Assembly: GCA_049999805.1 (NCBI GenBank)
Contig: JBNGIO010006191.1
Coordinates: 162,151-226,150, forward strand
Direction of reading: 5' to 3'
Length of the DNA stretch: 64,000 nucleotides
From: Folioceros fuciformis
Taxonomy: Eukaryota
Shown here: positions 1 to 12,788 of the stretch, piece after piece
Numbering within the stretch: the stretch's first letter is position 1
Layout: every line of letters begins with the position of its first letter
Notes under the pieces: generated by a model
The model's input: the letters and a program-made list of their open reading frames with translations, nothing else
What the model was told of the DNA's origin: nothing
The model's database searches: none
Translations under genes and position numbers: made by a program

Positions 1-239
1 AAACCACCAAAGAGTGGTAGGATGACTAGTAGCCTTGGTGTGCACGACGGGGAGGAAGCACTCAAGGGGAGGCACCCATGTGCACTGTTGCAAGAATATA
101 CGTGGATATCATATAGGGAATGGCCACCCTATATATACATGAATGTATGCTAAATATATATAGAATATGTGTTTAGAGATGTTTAGGGTTATGTTGAAGG
201 GCAAGACTTCTAGAAGCACGACAGATACCAAATCTCCAA

Positions 240-500
240 TCGATGTGGATGCTCAAGTTATCTTAACCTATCGGGCCTTGATGGGCAAACAATCGTTGAT
301 GCTCACGTTGTTTTGAGATATCAGTCTATCAATATGAGTTTAAGCCATTAGAGTTGTGCAGATGCTCAAGTTGTTTTGAGATATCAGTCAATCAACAAGA
401 GTTTAAGCTATTAGAGTTGTGTTTTGAGCTTGTCCCATACAATACAACATTTAAGCCATTAGAGTTGTGATTGAACTTGTTCCATGCAATACAATACTTA
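240..500. repeat. Degenerate tandem repeats (GATGCTCAAGTT...GAGATATCAGTC...TTTAAGCCATTAGAGTTGTG), probably part of a TE relic
   Basis: TTTAAGC(C/T)ATTAGAGTTGTG recurs at about 339, 401 and 449; GATGCTCA(A/C)GTT recurs at about 248, 298 and 361. Confidence 0.6.
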
Positions 501-1206
501 ATGATAGAATGTATAGAATAGAAGCAAGGGGTTGTGGGATTAGAAGTAGGATGGCCGTTGTGGAGCTTGATGTGTTGATGAGAAATCTGGAGGAGAACAA
601 TAAGGTGTTGGTTTTAGGGTTTAGGAGAACACCAAGGTATTGAGTTGCAACACCTCAATTTGCAAACAACGTCGAAACATGGGCTAATGGTGTACCCATC
701 ACAATGGGCCTTCGCCCATTTCGCCCGCTGGATGTAAGAGGAGAAGTTGGGTCTTGCCTTGGCATCTTGGCTGGAGGTACATTGTTGGGTGCCCACATGT
801 TTCCTTTTTCTAAGGGGTTTTAAAATTTTTATTTACTGAAACTACTCGTACACAGGTATTATATTATTTGTTATTATTAATAACTTACTAATTGATCATA
901 GAAAATACCCCCGGACTAATTGATGTGACGTGTAGACCTCTAAAGAGAGCCTGGTCCCGACATCGTCCTTGGTTTTGGACCCAACCTGTACGGGACTGCC
1001 TATCCCCGTTGAAACGGGAGGACCCGTACCGGGAACGGAAAAGGCAACCCTGTGAACCACTGGTCTCAAGGGCTTGTGCTCACCTGTCGGAACCGGGACC
1101 GGGACCGAGCTACTCAGTTACGGAGTTGAGCCCCATCGCCCAGACCTAGGCAAGTCGTTTTCAGCGGTTCAGCAGTGTGTCCACCTTCTTCCTGCGGATC
1201 GACGCC

Positions 1207-1680
1207 ATGGCGAAGATCAAGGTCCACGAGCTGCGGGGCAAGAGTAAGGCGGAGCTGCTGAACCAGCTGAAGGAGCTCAAGGCCGAGCTTGCCCTTTTGC
1301 GCGTCGCCAAAGTCACAGGCGGAGCCCCGAACAAGCTCAGCAAGATCAAGGTGGTGCGTTTGTCCATCGCGCAAGTGCTCACGGTTATCTCTCAGACTCA
1401 GAAGGCAGCTCTGCGGACCGCCTACGCCAAAAGCAGGCGCCTACCTCTGGACCTGAGGCCCAAGAAGACTAGGGCAATCAGGCGGCGGCTTACTAAGCAC
1501 CAGGTTTGTGATTTTTTTGATTTCTCCTCTGTGATTGCATCAGCGCGGTTGCGGCTACTGCAAATGAATTGCGCTTTTTCTCAAACAGTTTATGCTTGTG
1601 GTCAGGCTGCTGCCAAGACGGAACGACAGAAGAAGAGGGAGACTTACTTCCCTCTGCGCAAGTATGCAGTCAAGGCTTAG
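1207..1680 (+). CDS. RPL35: 60S ribosomal protein L35 (uL29); exons 1207-1503 and 1606-1680
   Basis: [51 protein letters not shown]...[15 protein letters not shown] intron at 1504-1605. Confidence 0.97.
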   Translation: MAKIKVHELRGKSKAELLNQLKELKAELALLRVAKVTGGAPNKLSKIKVVRLSIAQVLTVISQTQKAALRTAYAKSRRLPLDLRPKKTRAIRRRLTKHQVCDFFDFSSVIASARLRLLQMNCAFSQTVYACGQAAAKTERQKKRETYFPLRKYAVKA

Positions 1681-3167
1681 GGTTACTGGCGAAATGTATC
1701 ATCATCGCTTAGCTGGGATGCTATTAGTGAAGGCAGGTGCGTAGTGTCTTCAGGCAGCTCGGACATGCCGGGAGGCAATAGCCTGGTTGAGGAGATGCTG
1801 CTGAGGTCGCACCCCGGAACATTTTTTTTTTTGGTGTGAAGTGCGGAGAAGCGGAATGTGCCGGCTTCCTCCATGCCCGTAATTGAGAGATTTGCGGTTA
1901 TTACTGTCTTTCTGTTTTTTTTTTGGCTTGCTGCCCCATTTCCTTTTCTCCGATGGTACGTGGGTTTGGGAAATTCTATGAAGTACACAGGGAACAAGGT
2001 TTGAAAGACATGAATTTTCATAATTCGGCTTCCGGTGTTGGAAGAGCAGCGTTCAACAGCTGCAAGGATCCTCCAAGGGTGATTTCGCAACAGCATGCTC
2101 GATATAATGCTCTATCTGTATTACTTGTTGCCTTACGACACGTCTTGCAAACAAGTGCACCAGTCAGAGGTCCGCGCTACGTCATCCAGAATGACTCTGG
2201 TTTGATGCACCCCTCGTTTCTTTGTGCTGCACACGGAAGTCTGGCATCACGAGTGTCAGAAGCCGACAACTCCCGCGAAGTTGCTGAAACGCAAGAAAAG
2301 GTTCCAGCGTCAGGCCGCACATCGGCAACTAGCACCTCGTGTGATCATCGTTAGCTTCAGAGCCAGATAACAGCAAGTTCCATGTAACAATATCTCTTTG
2401 AGTTAGTGCTGTCGAAATCCTGGCCTGCACCTTCCAGTTCCGCACGTTTGATGTATGCCCACCGGAGGTTTTCCAAGCAGAGCGTTACTCAGCAATCCTC
2501 AATCATGCAATTGTAATCCTCTGGTGAGCCTGATGGAATGCGGCTGAGCAATGGAATTGAAGTGCTTGAAAGCCCCGTCCACCAGTCCCTCATGAATGTA
2601 TGCTAGTAGAAGGAATGAAAAGGTGCATCACTAGGCCGCATTCCGGCAACAAACATCTCCTCAATACCAGCTATTGCCTTGTGACCTCCATGATGTAGCC
2701 GTCCCTTATAGGGAATCCGTGCGGACCTTGATCCTCGTGCATTGCTCCGCTCAACATGGAGGGTTCGAACCACACCGGCACGAACAAGGAGGGGTAGAAC
2801 CAAACCGGCGCCCTAAACAGCTGATCCCCGGTCCAGTATTACGGAACGGGACGTCTTTGCGTATGCATTATCTAGGGTTGTGCGTACGCGGGATACAAAT
2901 TACGAAGAGGAAAAACCACAGGTATTTGTTGGGACCGAAGAATAAGAGCAATGAAACTACTCCGTCACACTCTGCTTGGAGCTCCAAGCGATCTCCACGA
3001 CACCACGGCAAGAGGGTCGAGTTCCGAGCTCGTAAGGCGTTTTAATCCATTGTGCATCGATCAGCAACAGACGGAAGCGGTGAGGCGCGACAAGTTGTTG
3101 CTAGACAGGTTCCTACAGGATTGGCATTTCTTCGTACAAGGCTGGTGTCCGGTTCCAAGGGCTGGCT

Positions 3168-4132
3168 ATGGCGGACTCGGGAGAAGGCCGCCCTTGTGGA
3201 GTGGCGGTGGCCGATGAGCACCCTCAGCAGTCTACGCCGTCCACGCAAGAGCAGGTCTAGTCGAGGCATTGTTAGGCCTTAGATACGATGCGTTCAGATC
3301 TTGGGAAATCAGCACGCGTCAAGGGCAGATGTCAAGCAGGTTTGGATGCGTTGGTAGGTGCGTCTCTTGTCTTACGATTTCGCCATGGATTTTTTGCAGG
3401 AGGCTGTGTTGAAAAAGAAATACGGGGGTCTTATTCCGAAGAAGCCACCGCTCATTTCGAAGGTGGGTGGGCCCCGAAGGATCTGGTCACATTTGCAGGA
3501 GCTGAAGGAATTCAGATTACGATTCATCAGTTCGGAATGTGCCTGTTTTAATATCTGCGTTCTGCATATGTCCACGAGGTGGGTAGAGGTTCTCCGTTAA
3601 GTAATCGGTGTTTTGAACAGGATCATGAGCGGGCCTTCTTCGACTCTGCGGATTGGGCTCTTGGAAAGGTAGGTTTCGCAGGATGGAGTGGATGGGAAGC
3701 CTCAGCTCGGAGCAGCGGTGGTTGATCTGCTTGTTCGCTGTCGTTGTGTGAAGCAGGGCACAGCACCAGGTGTGAAGCCTAGAAGTTCGGTGGAGTCACT
3801 TCGTCCCAAACTACAGGTAAAGCTGAAGCGTACAAACATGTTTTGCTGGCCCAGATTCAGATGCTTGCGTCATTCCTGTTGGGGATTCCTTGCCCTTGAG
3901 TTTAATGCTCCCACATTTCCAGCCAACACCACATCAACCTCTTCCATCTCGACGTGCATCTTACATTCCCTCAGCTGAAGAAATGGCAGGTAAACTGTTC
4001 TGTTTCTGACAGGGCATGACTAAGCGGCAAAGAGTTACAAGGGAAGTGTAAAGTATGCTCAAACATTTGAGACGTGTGTGTGAACTCTCCTCAGGAGAAG
4101 CAGGTGCAGAGGTGGAAACACCGGCCAGTTGA
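3168..4132 (+). CDS. Endosulfine / cAMP-regulated phosphoprotein 19-related protein; exons approx. 3168-3254, 3400-3462, 3621-3668, 3754-3816, 3923-3989, 4095-4132
   Basis: Spliced product contains KKYGGLIPKKPPLISK-DHERAFFDSADWALGK-Q...SLRPKLQ-PTPHQ, including the FDSADW endosulfine motif; GT-AG boundaries keep the frame. Confidence 0.9.
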
Positions 4133-4423
4133 GGTGACGTGAGGTCGGCTTGAGCGATGCAGCACCTTGTTAGCTTGAGACGAAGACGTTTCAGTGTGTA
4201 TTTTATTTCTTTGGTAATTCCAGTATGTTGTGTCTGAAGTAGTAATCAAGTTTGCCATTCAACTAGCTCTGCTTCTATGACGATTTTGGCGCGCAATCTC
4301 GCGTTGGAGACAAACAAGTCCCCATTCGGACTACTGGACACAGTCTAATGGACACACAAGTCACTGTAAGATTTATGTGCCCAAATTCCCACACATTGCA
4401 CAACCGATGATCTAAGTGTCATC

Positions 4424-4937
4424 CACCAGGTGGGTGGTGCCCGTGATATCTGGCAAAACGGGCATCTCACCCACCCTTGTGTGGCATCTCCCTTTGTGTG
4501 GCATCTCACCCTTTGTGTGGCATCTCACCCTTTGTGTGGCATCTCACCCTTTGTGTGGCATCTCACCCTTTGTGTGGCATCTCACCCTTGTGTGGCATCT
4601 CACCCTTGTGTGGCATCTCACCCTTATTTGGCATCTCACCCTTATTTGGCATCTCACTCCTGTGTGACATCCCATTCTTGTACGTCATCTCGTTATTGTG
4701 TGACATCTCCCTGTTGTGTGGCATCTCACTGTCGTGACAAGTCTTTTCACTGTATGCCCTAAAACTCCATCACATTACAAAAAACGGTCACCATGTTGTC
4801 TATTTTTGTGAATTTCAGACTTGAGTGTTAGAATTCCACAAGGCGACAAGGTGATATGTCACAACGTGTCTCGAGAGACATGACCCACAAGAGAGAAATG
4901 TCGACCTTGCCACATCTAACATACCACGCACATGGTG
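4424..4937. mobile_element. Putative non-autonomous TIR element (CACTA-like architecture) containing the minisatellite
   Basis: CACCAGGTGGGTGGT (4424-4438) versus reverse complement CACCATGTGCGTGGT of 4923-4937 (13/15 match); an inverted copy of the subrepeat at about 4851-4865; flanks ATC/TTC are an imperfect 3-bp TSD. Confidence 0.4.
4461..4730 (+). repeat. Minisatellite of 18-21 bp units GTGTGGCATCTCACCCTT(T)
   Basis: About a dozen directly visible copies that degenerate toward the 3' end. Confidence 0.95.
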
Positions 4938-5363
4938 TTCTCACGGACCAGAAATTAAAAACACTGCTGCCTTCGTGGGGCCAACTGGCTAGTCTTCTAT
5001 TATTCAGTTTCAGAAACGACTCTCAGAAATGACTCCTAGTTCCCTATACGACTTCTGGTAAAAGTTACTGTGTTTTGCCTGATCCTTTTCAAGGAACGAC
5101 TGCGATGAAATTCCCTTCTCAACTCCTGAAAGTGCAGTAGAATGGCTTACACCTTAAACCAAGCTAGCAGTGGAATTCGTTACTATTTAAACCACGCTAA
5201 CTGGAACTTGACTGTACAAAGCTAACCTTCCGGGACAAATATGGAGTCCATGGGGAATGAATAGTGTTACAATGGCCACTCACTGACGAGGACAAATGCC
5301 CCTACATTGAGATACCTTTTCTCAAATATAGGGAACTAATACTACAATTTGGTTCAAACAAGC

Positions 5364-8300
5364 TCAGGCCACAACTTCAGGATCCACCCAACGCCCGTGA
5401 TCCTTGATTAGCTGAATCAAGGAGTCAGTTGCTATGTCCATAGCGATTCCTCTCTTGACCACCTCCTGCAGTGGACACGGTGTGGGATTCTTTATGACAG
5501 CACAAACCACAAGAGCACGAAAATAGCTGAGACAGCATTTTCCTTCCACGCATACCTTCCCGACGTAGAGATCAATCTTCCCTGGAGCTCCACCGACATA
5601 ACCGAAGTCTGCGTCCGCCATTTCTCCCGGACCGTTCACAATGCAGCCCATGATAGCGATCTGCCAAAACAACCCACGGTGTGAGCAAGAAAGCGTCTCC
5701 ACCAACGGTTTAGAGCACTGTGGAGAGGAGTGGAAAGAGCACTCACCGAAACGCCTGGAAGATGGGAAGTTCGTTCTCGGATTTCGGCACTGATTTCCTG
5801 AAGGTCAAAAAGAGTCCTGCCGCAAGAAGGGCATGAGACGTACTCCTGCAAAGTGAACAAGTCATAGTTAGCACACTTTCCCGAGCGGACAACGAGCAGA
5901 AACGGCATAGCACAACCAACGGGCGCCTTCTTACCGTTTTGGTGTTCCGCATGCGGCAGCCTTGTAGTAATCCAAAGGAGGTGTTGCGAAGAAACTCAAA
6001 TTCTTGGTCAGTTGCTTCCAACAGCAAGCCATCGCCAAGCCCGTCTACAAGTAGGGCACCTACTTCGCTGCCTGTCTTAATCACCAAATCGTCTCTGCCA
6101 TGCAACATCTTAGATAATTGCAAAGATCAAACACACTTATTCCAACACAAGATTTTCCCACTGCAATACCTGTGGACTCCAGCGGGGAATTCCAAGTGGT
6201 GGATTACAGGGAAATCAAGCTGGTTCACTTGCAAGTATTCGAACAATCTGCAAACCCAAAAGATGGACGTCACCGTGAGACCGCAGCTGAGCACAAGACC
6301 GGTGAGCAAACGATATTTAAAGTGAGAACTGTGTGATGACCTTCTGGATGCATGCACTCGGCTCGACTCTGCATTCTCAGATAAGTTGATGAGGAGCATG
6401 GTTGCTTCCGTGTTCTTCAAGATGTCAAGTTTCTCATTTGCCTCATCTCCTTGCAATGTCACGGCAAATCGGGTACCTGCACAACCATGATATAGAGGGT
6501 TAAAAGGTTACCCGGCTGCTACACCTTTCATCCACCTGGCTGCGTTTTGCTGACTCACCTGCCGGTAAGGACTTGATTGAGTCCGAGGCAAGTTCCTCAA
6601 GGGTCACAAGGACCATGGCATGTGGGAGCGGCTTCGCGAGCTGCTGCGATAGCGGAGTCAGGACTCCCACGCTGATGTCAGTTAGTCTCTTTAGAGCCAG
6701 TCGCTGCACAGACGTCATTGTCACCTCATAAATGCCCAAGTTAATGCAACCACATTGGTTTTCTCCTCTAGCAATTGCTGAACATGAAGGCGTCACATGA
6801 GTGTCCTAGTGCTCACCGCTGCTTTGTCATCAACCGGAGGTAGCTCTCTCAGCAAGATTGTGTCCACAGTCGCAAGATCCTGCGCATAGAGGAACACGGT
6901 GCGTGACTATGAGACCTGAGAAACGTCTCAGCTGAAGGTTGTCGCACTGCATTAGTCCGGACAGGTTAACGAACCTTGTACGGCATGCCAATGATAAGTT
7001 TAGACGCCAGAGACCTGTACAGTGCTTCTGGGTTCTGCAGGGGGGAAAAAAAGGGTACCATTAACAAGCGTCCCACCATAAAGCAGAGTGTTCTTGCACA
7101 GAGACGCTGTAATCTTTCAAAAGATATCTTCATGCTTTACCTTCAACTGATCAAGGGAGACAGACATGAGAACTGAGCCGTCACGGTGGAGGACGCCTCT
7201 GTAATCCACTGCATCACCCTGCAAAATTGAATTGGCAATGATCAGGATTCCCGAAAGATCATGGATTTTCGTGTTATCCCAAAGCCAAGTCACGTATAAC
7301 TGAGGAAAGCAGTAGGTAATACCTCCTTTTGCACCGGAAGCTGTCCAGTTCGGCGCTGGAAATCGAAGTATCGGCGGTGCTTTTCCTCAAATGGTGCCTG
7401 GGGATGATAACACACCTGAACTGTCAAAGTTGTGCAAATCTCATAAAATGCATGAACTGGCAAGAGAGATATTTTCAGGAACATACCACTCCTTTCTGCA
7501 ATTCAGAAGCCCGCATACCCAACTTGGCCAACTTTGTGCAAGGGTCGATTTCGAACTCCGGGGCCTCTGTGAGGGAGACACGAATAGTGTCGCCCAGGCC
7601 ATCCTATACAAATTAGGCAGTAGATCAGCATCCAGGAAAGTTACTGTTGCCCACTGGAACCAGCAAAAACCGAAAGCCTTTGCTGACAGGGAAAGTGCAA
7701 ATCAACCTGCAGAAGGGCGCCGATGCCAATCGCTGACTTCATGCGACCATCCTCACCCTCGCCGGCCTCAGTAACTCCCAGATGCAGGGGATAATTCCAG
7801 CCGTTTACATACATTTCAGCCACCAGAAGGCGGTATGCTTGTACCATGACCACTGGGTTGCTAGCCTTCATTGAAAACACGAAGTTGTGGTAGTCCAGTT
7901 TGCGACAGATGCGAGCAAACTCAAAAGCCGACTCAACCTGTGGAGACACAGGAACCAAGACGCGTTAGACACAGGTCTCAAGGGGTGAGAAGGGATATAT
8001 ACGATGGGAAATCGTAGCAACATGCACTCCACACCCCTCACCATGCCCCTTGGAGAGTCACCGTAGTAGCTCATGATACGATCTGACAAACTTCCATGGT
8101 TTGTGCCAATTCGCATGGCCCGTCCATACTTTTTGCACTTCTCCACAAGAGGGGTGAAAACCTACACATGCACCACTGTGAACAGGGGCTCCCAGGCTTC
8201 AGAAGCACAAACAGGGGAGCATGACCAATGCGCACCTTCTCGATGTGCTCCAACTCTTGCTGGTAGTCATCCTCGGTGTATTCCAGTTTCTCAAACTGGG

Positions 8301-9371
8301 CCCGCCGGTCAGCTACATCCAACGCACAGATAAAGCAGCTGTCAGCACACTTGCAAAAGGAAACTCCAGGTACTGGCCGTCCCTCCCAAGAGTATTGGAA
8401 GGCCCAAGGCTGTGCGTACTGACCAAAGTTGCCAGGATTGATCCTGATCTTATCAAAGCACTCGGCAACCTTCAGAGCAATTGCTGGTGCAAAGTGGATG
8501 TCGGCAACGAGGGGAATGGAGTACCTGCCGGCACATAGAAGAGGGAGGCAGTGAGACACCCAACATCTTTGACCACCCAAAAGCAACAAAACGGAACGAC
8601 ACCAAGCCAAGCCAGGCCAAACCAATCGGCAGCACGCAAATCCTACCCCTTCTGCACAAGCGTGTTCTTAATCTCGTAAGCAGCTTCAGCCTCCTTCCTC
8701 CCCTGTACTGTAATCCTCACAATATCGGCCCCCCGGTCCGAAATCCTCATGACCTGCGGGTTCCATCCCATTCTACCCAGATGAAACCTGGAAGCTCAAG
8801 CCCAAAAAGCGCAACACCGCCCCCACACAGCAGTCGCTCGGAAGAAGACAAGAGGAGAGCCGCGCAGCGCAGCGCACCTGATCCACGGTGGCCGCCACAT
8901 CCTTGGTGTCCGTGGTGGTCATGGTCTGCACCCGGATGGGAAAATCACTCCCAATACCCACATTCCCAACCATCACCGGGGACGTCTTCCTGCGCACGGT
9001 TTTGTGCACCGACTCGCAGTACTTTTGCCTGGGCACTGCGCAGCACATAGCACAGCACGGCACAATGGAATGAGAAGCTCCAAAATCCGAGCAACCACAA
9101 ACACTCACTCCGCTCCTATCCCCTCCCTCCCGTTCTGCATGCAGATGCTAACCAGCTGACAGCAGCACAGCATGCAGCGCGTACCGAGCAGTTGGCTGCC
9201 GGCGGAGGCCGGCTCCAGCTCCAGCTCCGCCACCTCGCTCCCCATGCTCCGGGCGGCCGCCAAGCGCACCCGCCTCCTGGCCTGCACGGCATTGCGAGAC
9301 GGCAAGGAATTCCCCAAGAATCCCTGCTCCACTCTCAGCCCCGCCACTCCCTGCACTGCCAGCCCCGCCAT
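5364..9371 (-). CDS. HDS: 4-hydroxy-3-methylbut-2-enyl diphosphate synthase (GcpE/IspG), plastid, multi-exon
   Basis: Exon peptides [112 protein letters not shown]; transit-peptide-like first exon. Confidence 0.97.
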
Positions 9372-10299
9372 TTCTGTCCCCCGCTGCTGCTAGCACGTTC
9401 TCTGCTGTCGTGGGGGTCCGAAGTACAAGCACGAAGAGAGCCGGAGCAGAAGTACTTCCTCACTCCCTCCACACAAAAGTGCCGGCTCTGGCCTGTATTC
9501 CCGGGCAGCGAGAGCGGAGCAGAAGCTCAAGTTCGGGCTCCAGCGATGGAATCTCCTGAGAGCCGAGATGCCGCTATGTATCAGCCGAGAGCAGATTTAG
9601 GTGACTCGCTCCAGGAACGGAGTAGCCGGCTGGGCTATTTGGCAAGCACCAGGAAGGGGGAGGATTGGACTTTTGGCGCCTGCGACTCTCAGTCAGGGGT
9701 CGCATATTCCGCTCAACCAGCCACCAGCCACCAGCCACCGGCCTCGGTTCTTCTTTCCTTCCAGCTTCACCGAAGTGACTACCATTTGCATTTGTTTGTG
9801 TAATCCGAATTATCAGAAACGGCGTCAGCATTGAGAGATGCCAATGCGTGCGGACACAAGGTTAAAATCCGAGGTTCCCAAGAGTTGGGTCGGTGTGCGT
9901 ACCATGTGAGATGCCGTTCCAGACTACCCAGACAAACCCACACGTCACGGTAGGTGGAAACTGGAAGCAAGATGGGACGTTTGATCATGGGCCATGTCGT
10001 CGTTTGGCTCCTTCGTTCCCCGAGATGGCCAGCATCAAAGCCCCAAAGAAAAGAAAAAGCCAGTCGGTACAGGCCCCGAAAACATTCGATAAGGAGCACA
10101 TACGCCCACCTGGAAGAGAAGAAGAAAAGTGCCCTTCCCTAACAAAATAGTGCCTTATTGTAACAGCTTAACAGTGGGGTAGGGAAAGAGAGTTGGCTAT
10201 GAAACTTGTGGGAAGTAAGTTACTGGAGTAGACAAAAGTAAGCCGTGACACTATCCAAGTGATCAAAACATAGTTGAATGGGAGATAGTCGGAGTTGAA

Positions 10300-11310
10300 G
10301 CAAGTTGTGAAAAGAGAGAGCTGGTTAGTAGAGAATAACTCCTCTCGATCAAATATGACACAACTACAAAAGTTTAAGCGAGTTGTTCAGAGGGAGAGAG
10401 CTAGCTAGTAGTTCAGAGGGAGAGAGCTAGCTAGTAGAGAATTACTGCTCGATTAGAATGTGACACAACTAAACTTTCTCCAGAACAATACATGTCTTGT
10501 ATACATAAGAGTACTTCAGTCGAGTCGAGCGATAGAGAATAACAACTAAATGATAATGTGATGCAAACCAAAGTTTTCAAAAGGAACAATTAATGCATGT
10601 GTCGATAGATCTGGATCTGCTATGTAAAACCTTGATTATAATGTGACATAAGCCCAAATACATAGCCCAAAACCAACACAAATCCTGTGGGTAGAGAATA
10701 AGATCAAGACACCTCGATCATAATGTGACACAAGCCCAAAACTAGTACATGTCCTATGGACATAGAATAAGACCTCAATCCTATGACACAAGCAAAGGTT
10801 GTCCAAAAACATAGTACATGTGCATGTGCGACAAGAATGAGAGTGTGTGCTGGAAAGAGACATTCAAGGCAAAAAAGAAGACCTCAAAAGTGAGTGGGAT
10901 GAGAATAAGACCTCGATCCTAATATGACACGGACCAAAGTTGTTGAGAAGCAGTACATGTCCAACGAGTAGAAGATTGTGGTTGAAAAGGAGAGTCCAAG
11001 ATAGAGAAACACCTAGATCATAATGTGACACAAACCAAAGTTGTTATTGGTAGAGAATAAGACCTTGGATCATGATGTGACATGAGCGAAAGTTGTTCAA
11101 AAACAAAGTACATGTACATGTCCTATCGATAGGAGGGAGAGTGCTTGAAAGAGAAAGTCAAGGCAAAGAAGAAGACCTCGAAAGTGAGTCTGAGAGAAAA
11201 AGATCTTGATCCTAATCTAACACAAACCAAAGATGTTGACAAATAGTACATGTCTAGTGAGCAACAGAAGACTGTGGCACAACCACATAAAAGGTGCCGA
11301 ACAATAGAAC
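10300..11310. repeat. Degenerate repeat array (TAGAGAATAAGACCTCGATC..TGTGACACAAACCAAAGTTGT), probable TE relic between HDS and DXS
   Basis: Motif recurs at about 10329, 10435, 10692, 10762, 10900, 11002 and 11051; a longer duplication spans about 10780-10960 and 11070-11260. Confidence 0.7.
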
Positions 11311-11375
11311 ATGTTTCATTGTCCTAGTGATATGTTTCATTGTCCTAGTGATATGTTTCATTGTCCTAGTGATAT
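11310..11375 (+). repeat. 21-bp tandem repeat x3 (ATGTTTCATTGTCCTAGTGAT)
   Basis: Three near-perfect adjacent copies. Confidence 0.9.
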
Positions 11376-11482
11376 GAGAAGTGCACGAGAGTTTTCATTT
11401 GAGTATCATACCTTCTCTTCATCTTGATGGGACAATTAGAGTTGGATTGACCGCATTCTGCTATTCAAAGGCATTACTTTTG

Positions 11483-11671
11483 TGGCGTGACTGTGCTAGG
11501 GAGAGAGTACAAGCTCTTTTTCCTTTCATGTCAATGCGAGATTGTCCCACCTTGATCTCTAAGTGATTCAAAGACGTTATTTTCATGGTGTGACTATGCT
11601 GCAGAGAGAGTACAAGCTAGTTTTCCATTCATGTCAATACAAGAGTATCCCACCTTGATCTCTAAGTGATT
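11483..11671 (+). repeat. Direct duplication of about 100 bp
   Basis: GTGACT.TGCT...GAGAGAGTACAAGCT...TCATGTCAAT...CCCACCTTGATCTCTAAGTGATT occurs twice. Confidence 0.8.
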
Positions 11672-12220
11672 GTCGCATGTACCATAGAATAATACCTTAA
11701 CCCTTGTTGTTGTGAAAGTCATATGAAACTTTGGGCTTGCCCGACAATATGTAGAGCATGTGAGTTAGGGATCCGGAGGCAGAAAAGTAAGCAAGTAAGC
11801 ATGCTTGGCTGCTAGCTAGGTGGTGGACGATGAAGCCGGGCGTACGTAGGCTCCGTAGAGTAGTGGAGTTTTGAATAAAATGGTGGGCATGGCGTTTGTG
11901 GGAAAGGGACTGGAGTGGCTGTGGAGTGGGCGAGCGGGCCCAGCAAGGCGGTAGCACCAGACCTGGCTGGTAGGTGGGCCTGGGAAGTGCTGGTCTGCGT
12001 AAGAAGTAGGGAAGTGCGAAGGCGGCAGACGGGAGGCAGACGCGTGGAAATTACGCGGAATTTAGCAGACGGGTGGACTGTAATACTGACCGACCGCGAC
12101 CTGAGAGAGGGGAAGGCCCTTGTGGTCAGGGCCCACCCTCGCCAACTCGCCATGCCCGCCCGCCTCTCAGGGACAACGTAAACCGCTGAACGGGAGGCAC
12201 AGGAGCTCCGGAATCGCTGT

Positions 12221-12243
12221 CACGTGTGACCAAGTATTATAAA
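12221..12243 (+). promoter_or_regulatory. DXS core promoter candidate: G-box CACGTG (12221-12226) and TATAAA (12238-12243)
   Basis: Exact motifs about 550 bp upstream of the DXS ATG, followed by a pyrimidine-rich leader with no ATG. Confidence 0.5.
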
Positions 12244-12788
12244 CGCGGAGGCTGGGAGCCGGGGTGTGCATTCCAACCAGCATCTCCTGTTGCCGGATCT
12301 CTCCCTCTCCTGTGCCACAACCAGTTCGCGCATTCCTCTCCTGGTTCGGTTCGGTTTGGTTTGGTTTGTCTGTCTGCGCGCTGCTCTCGCTACAGCCCTG
12401 CGCCTGCGGTTGCGGCTGCGGCTGCGGCTGCTGCTGGGTCTCTGTTGCCCTCGGTTTTTGTTGGGAAGGAAGAGGCTGCGTGGGAATCGGGGTCCGGCCG
12501 GATTCTCCTCCTCTGTGCTTCCGCTTTTGTCTTTTGCTCAGGGACCTTGCTGCTGTGGCTCCGGCCGGCTCCGGCTCCGGCTCCTGGTCCAGCTGTTGGG
12601 GGTGCTGTACTTGGTTTATCCCGGTCCTGATTCCGTTGCTGTTTGGGGGAGGAGGAGAATCGTGGAAGGTCGTTCCCAGTCGGGAGGCCGCAGGGGAAGA
12701 GACGCTGGGAGCTCAGCGCGATTAAAGGCCCTCGTCACATTCCTGCCTCTGTGTCGTCGGCGGGAAGGAGGGAGAGGTGGTAGCGAAG

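Noticed and set aside
613-621. Telo-box (TAGGGTTT) for RPL35
   Set aside because: About 590 bp upstream and within repeat-like DNA, not at the usual TSS-proximal position.
1504-1605. 34-aa insertion in RPL35
   Set aside because: It is an in-frame, stop-free GT-AG intron.
4461-4730. CRISPR-like array or repetitive ORFs (WHLTL, CGISP, VASHP)
   Set aside because: Units are contiguous with no unique spacers, the context is eukaryotic, and the ORFs arise from a stop-free minisatellite.
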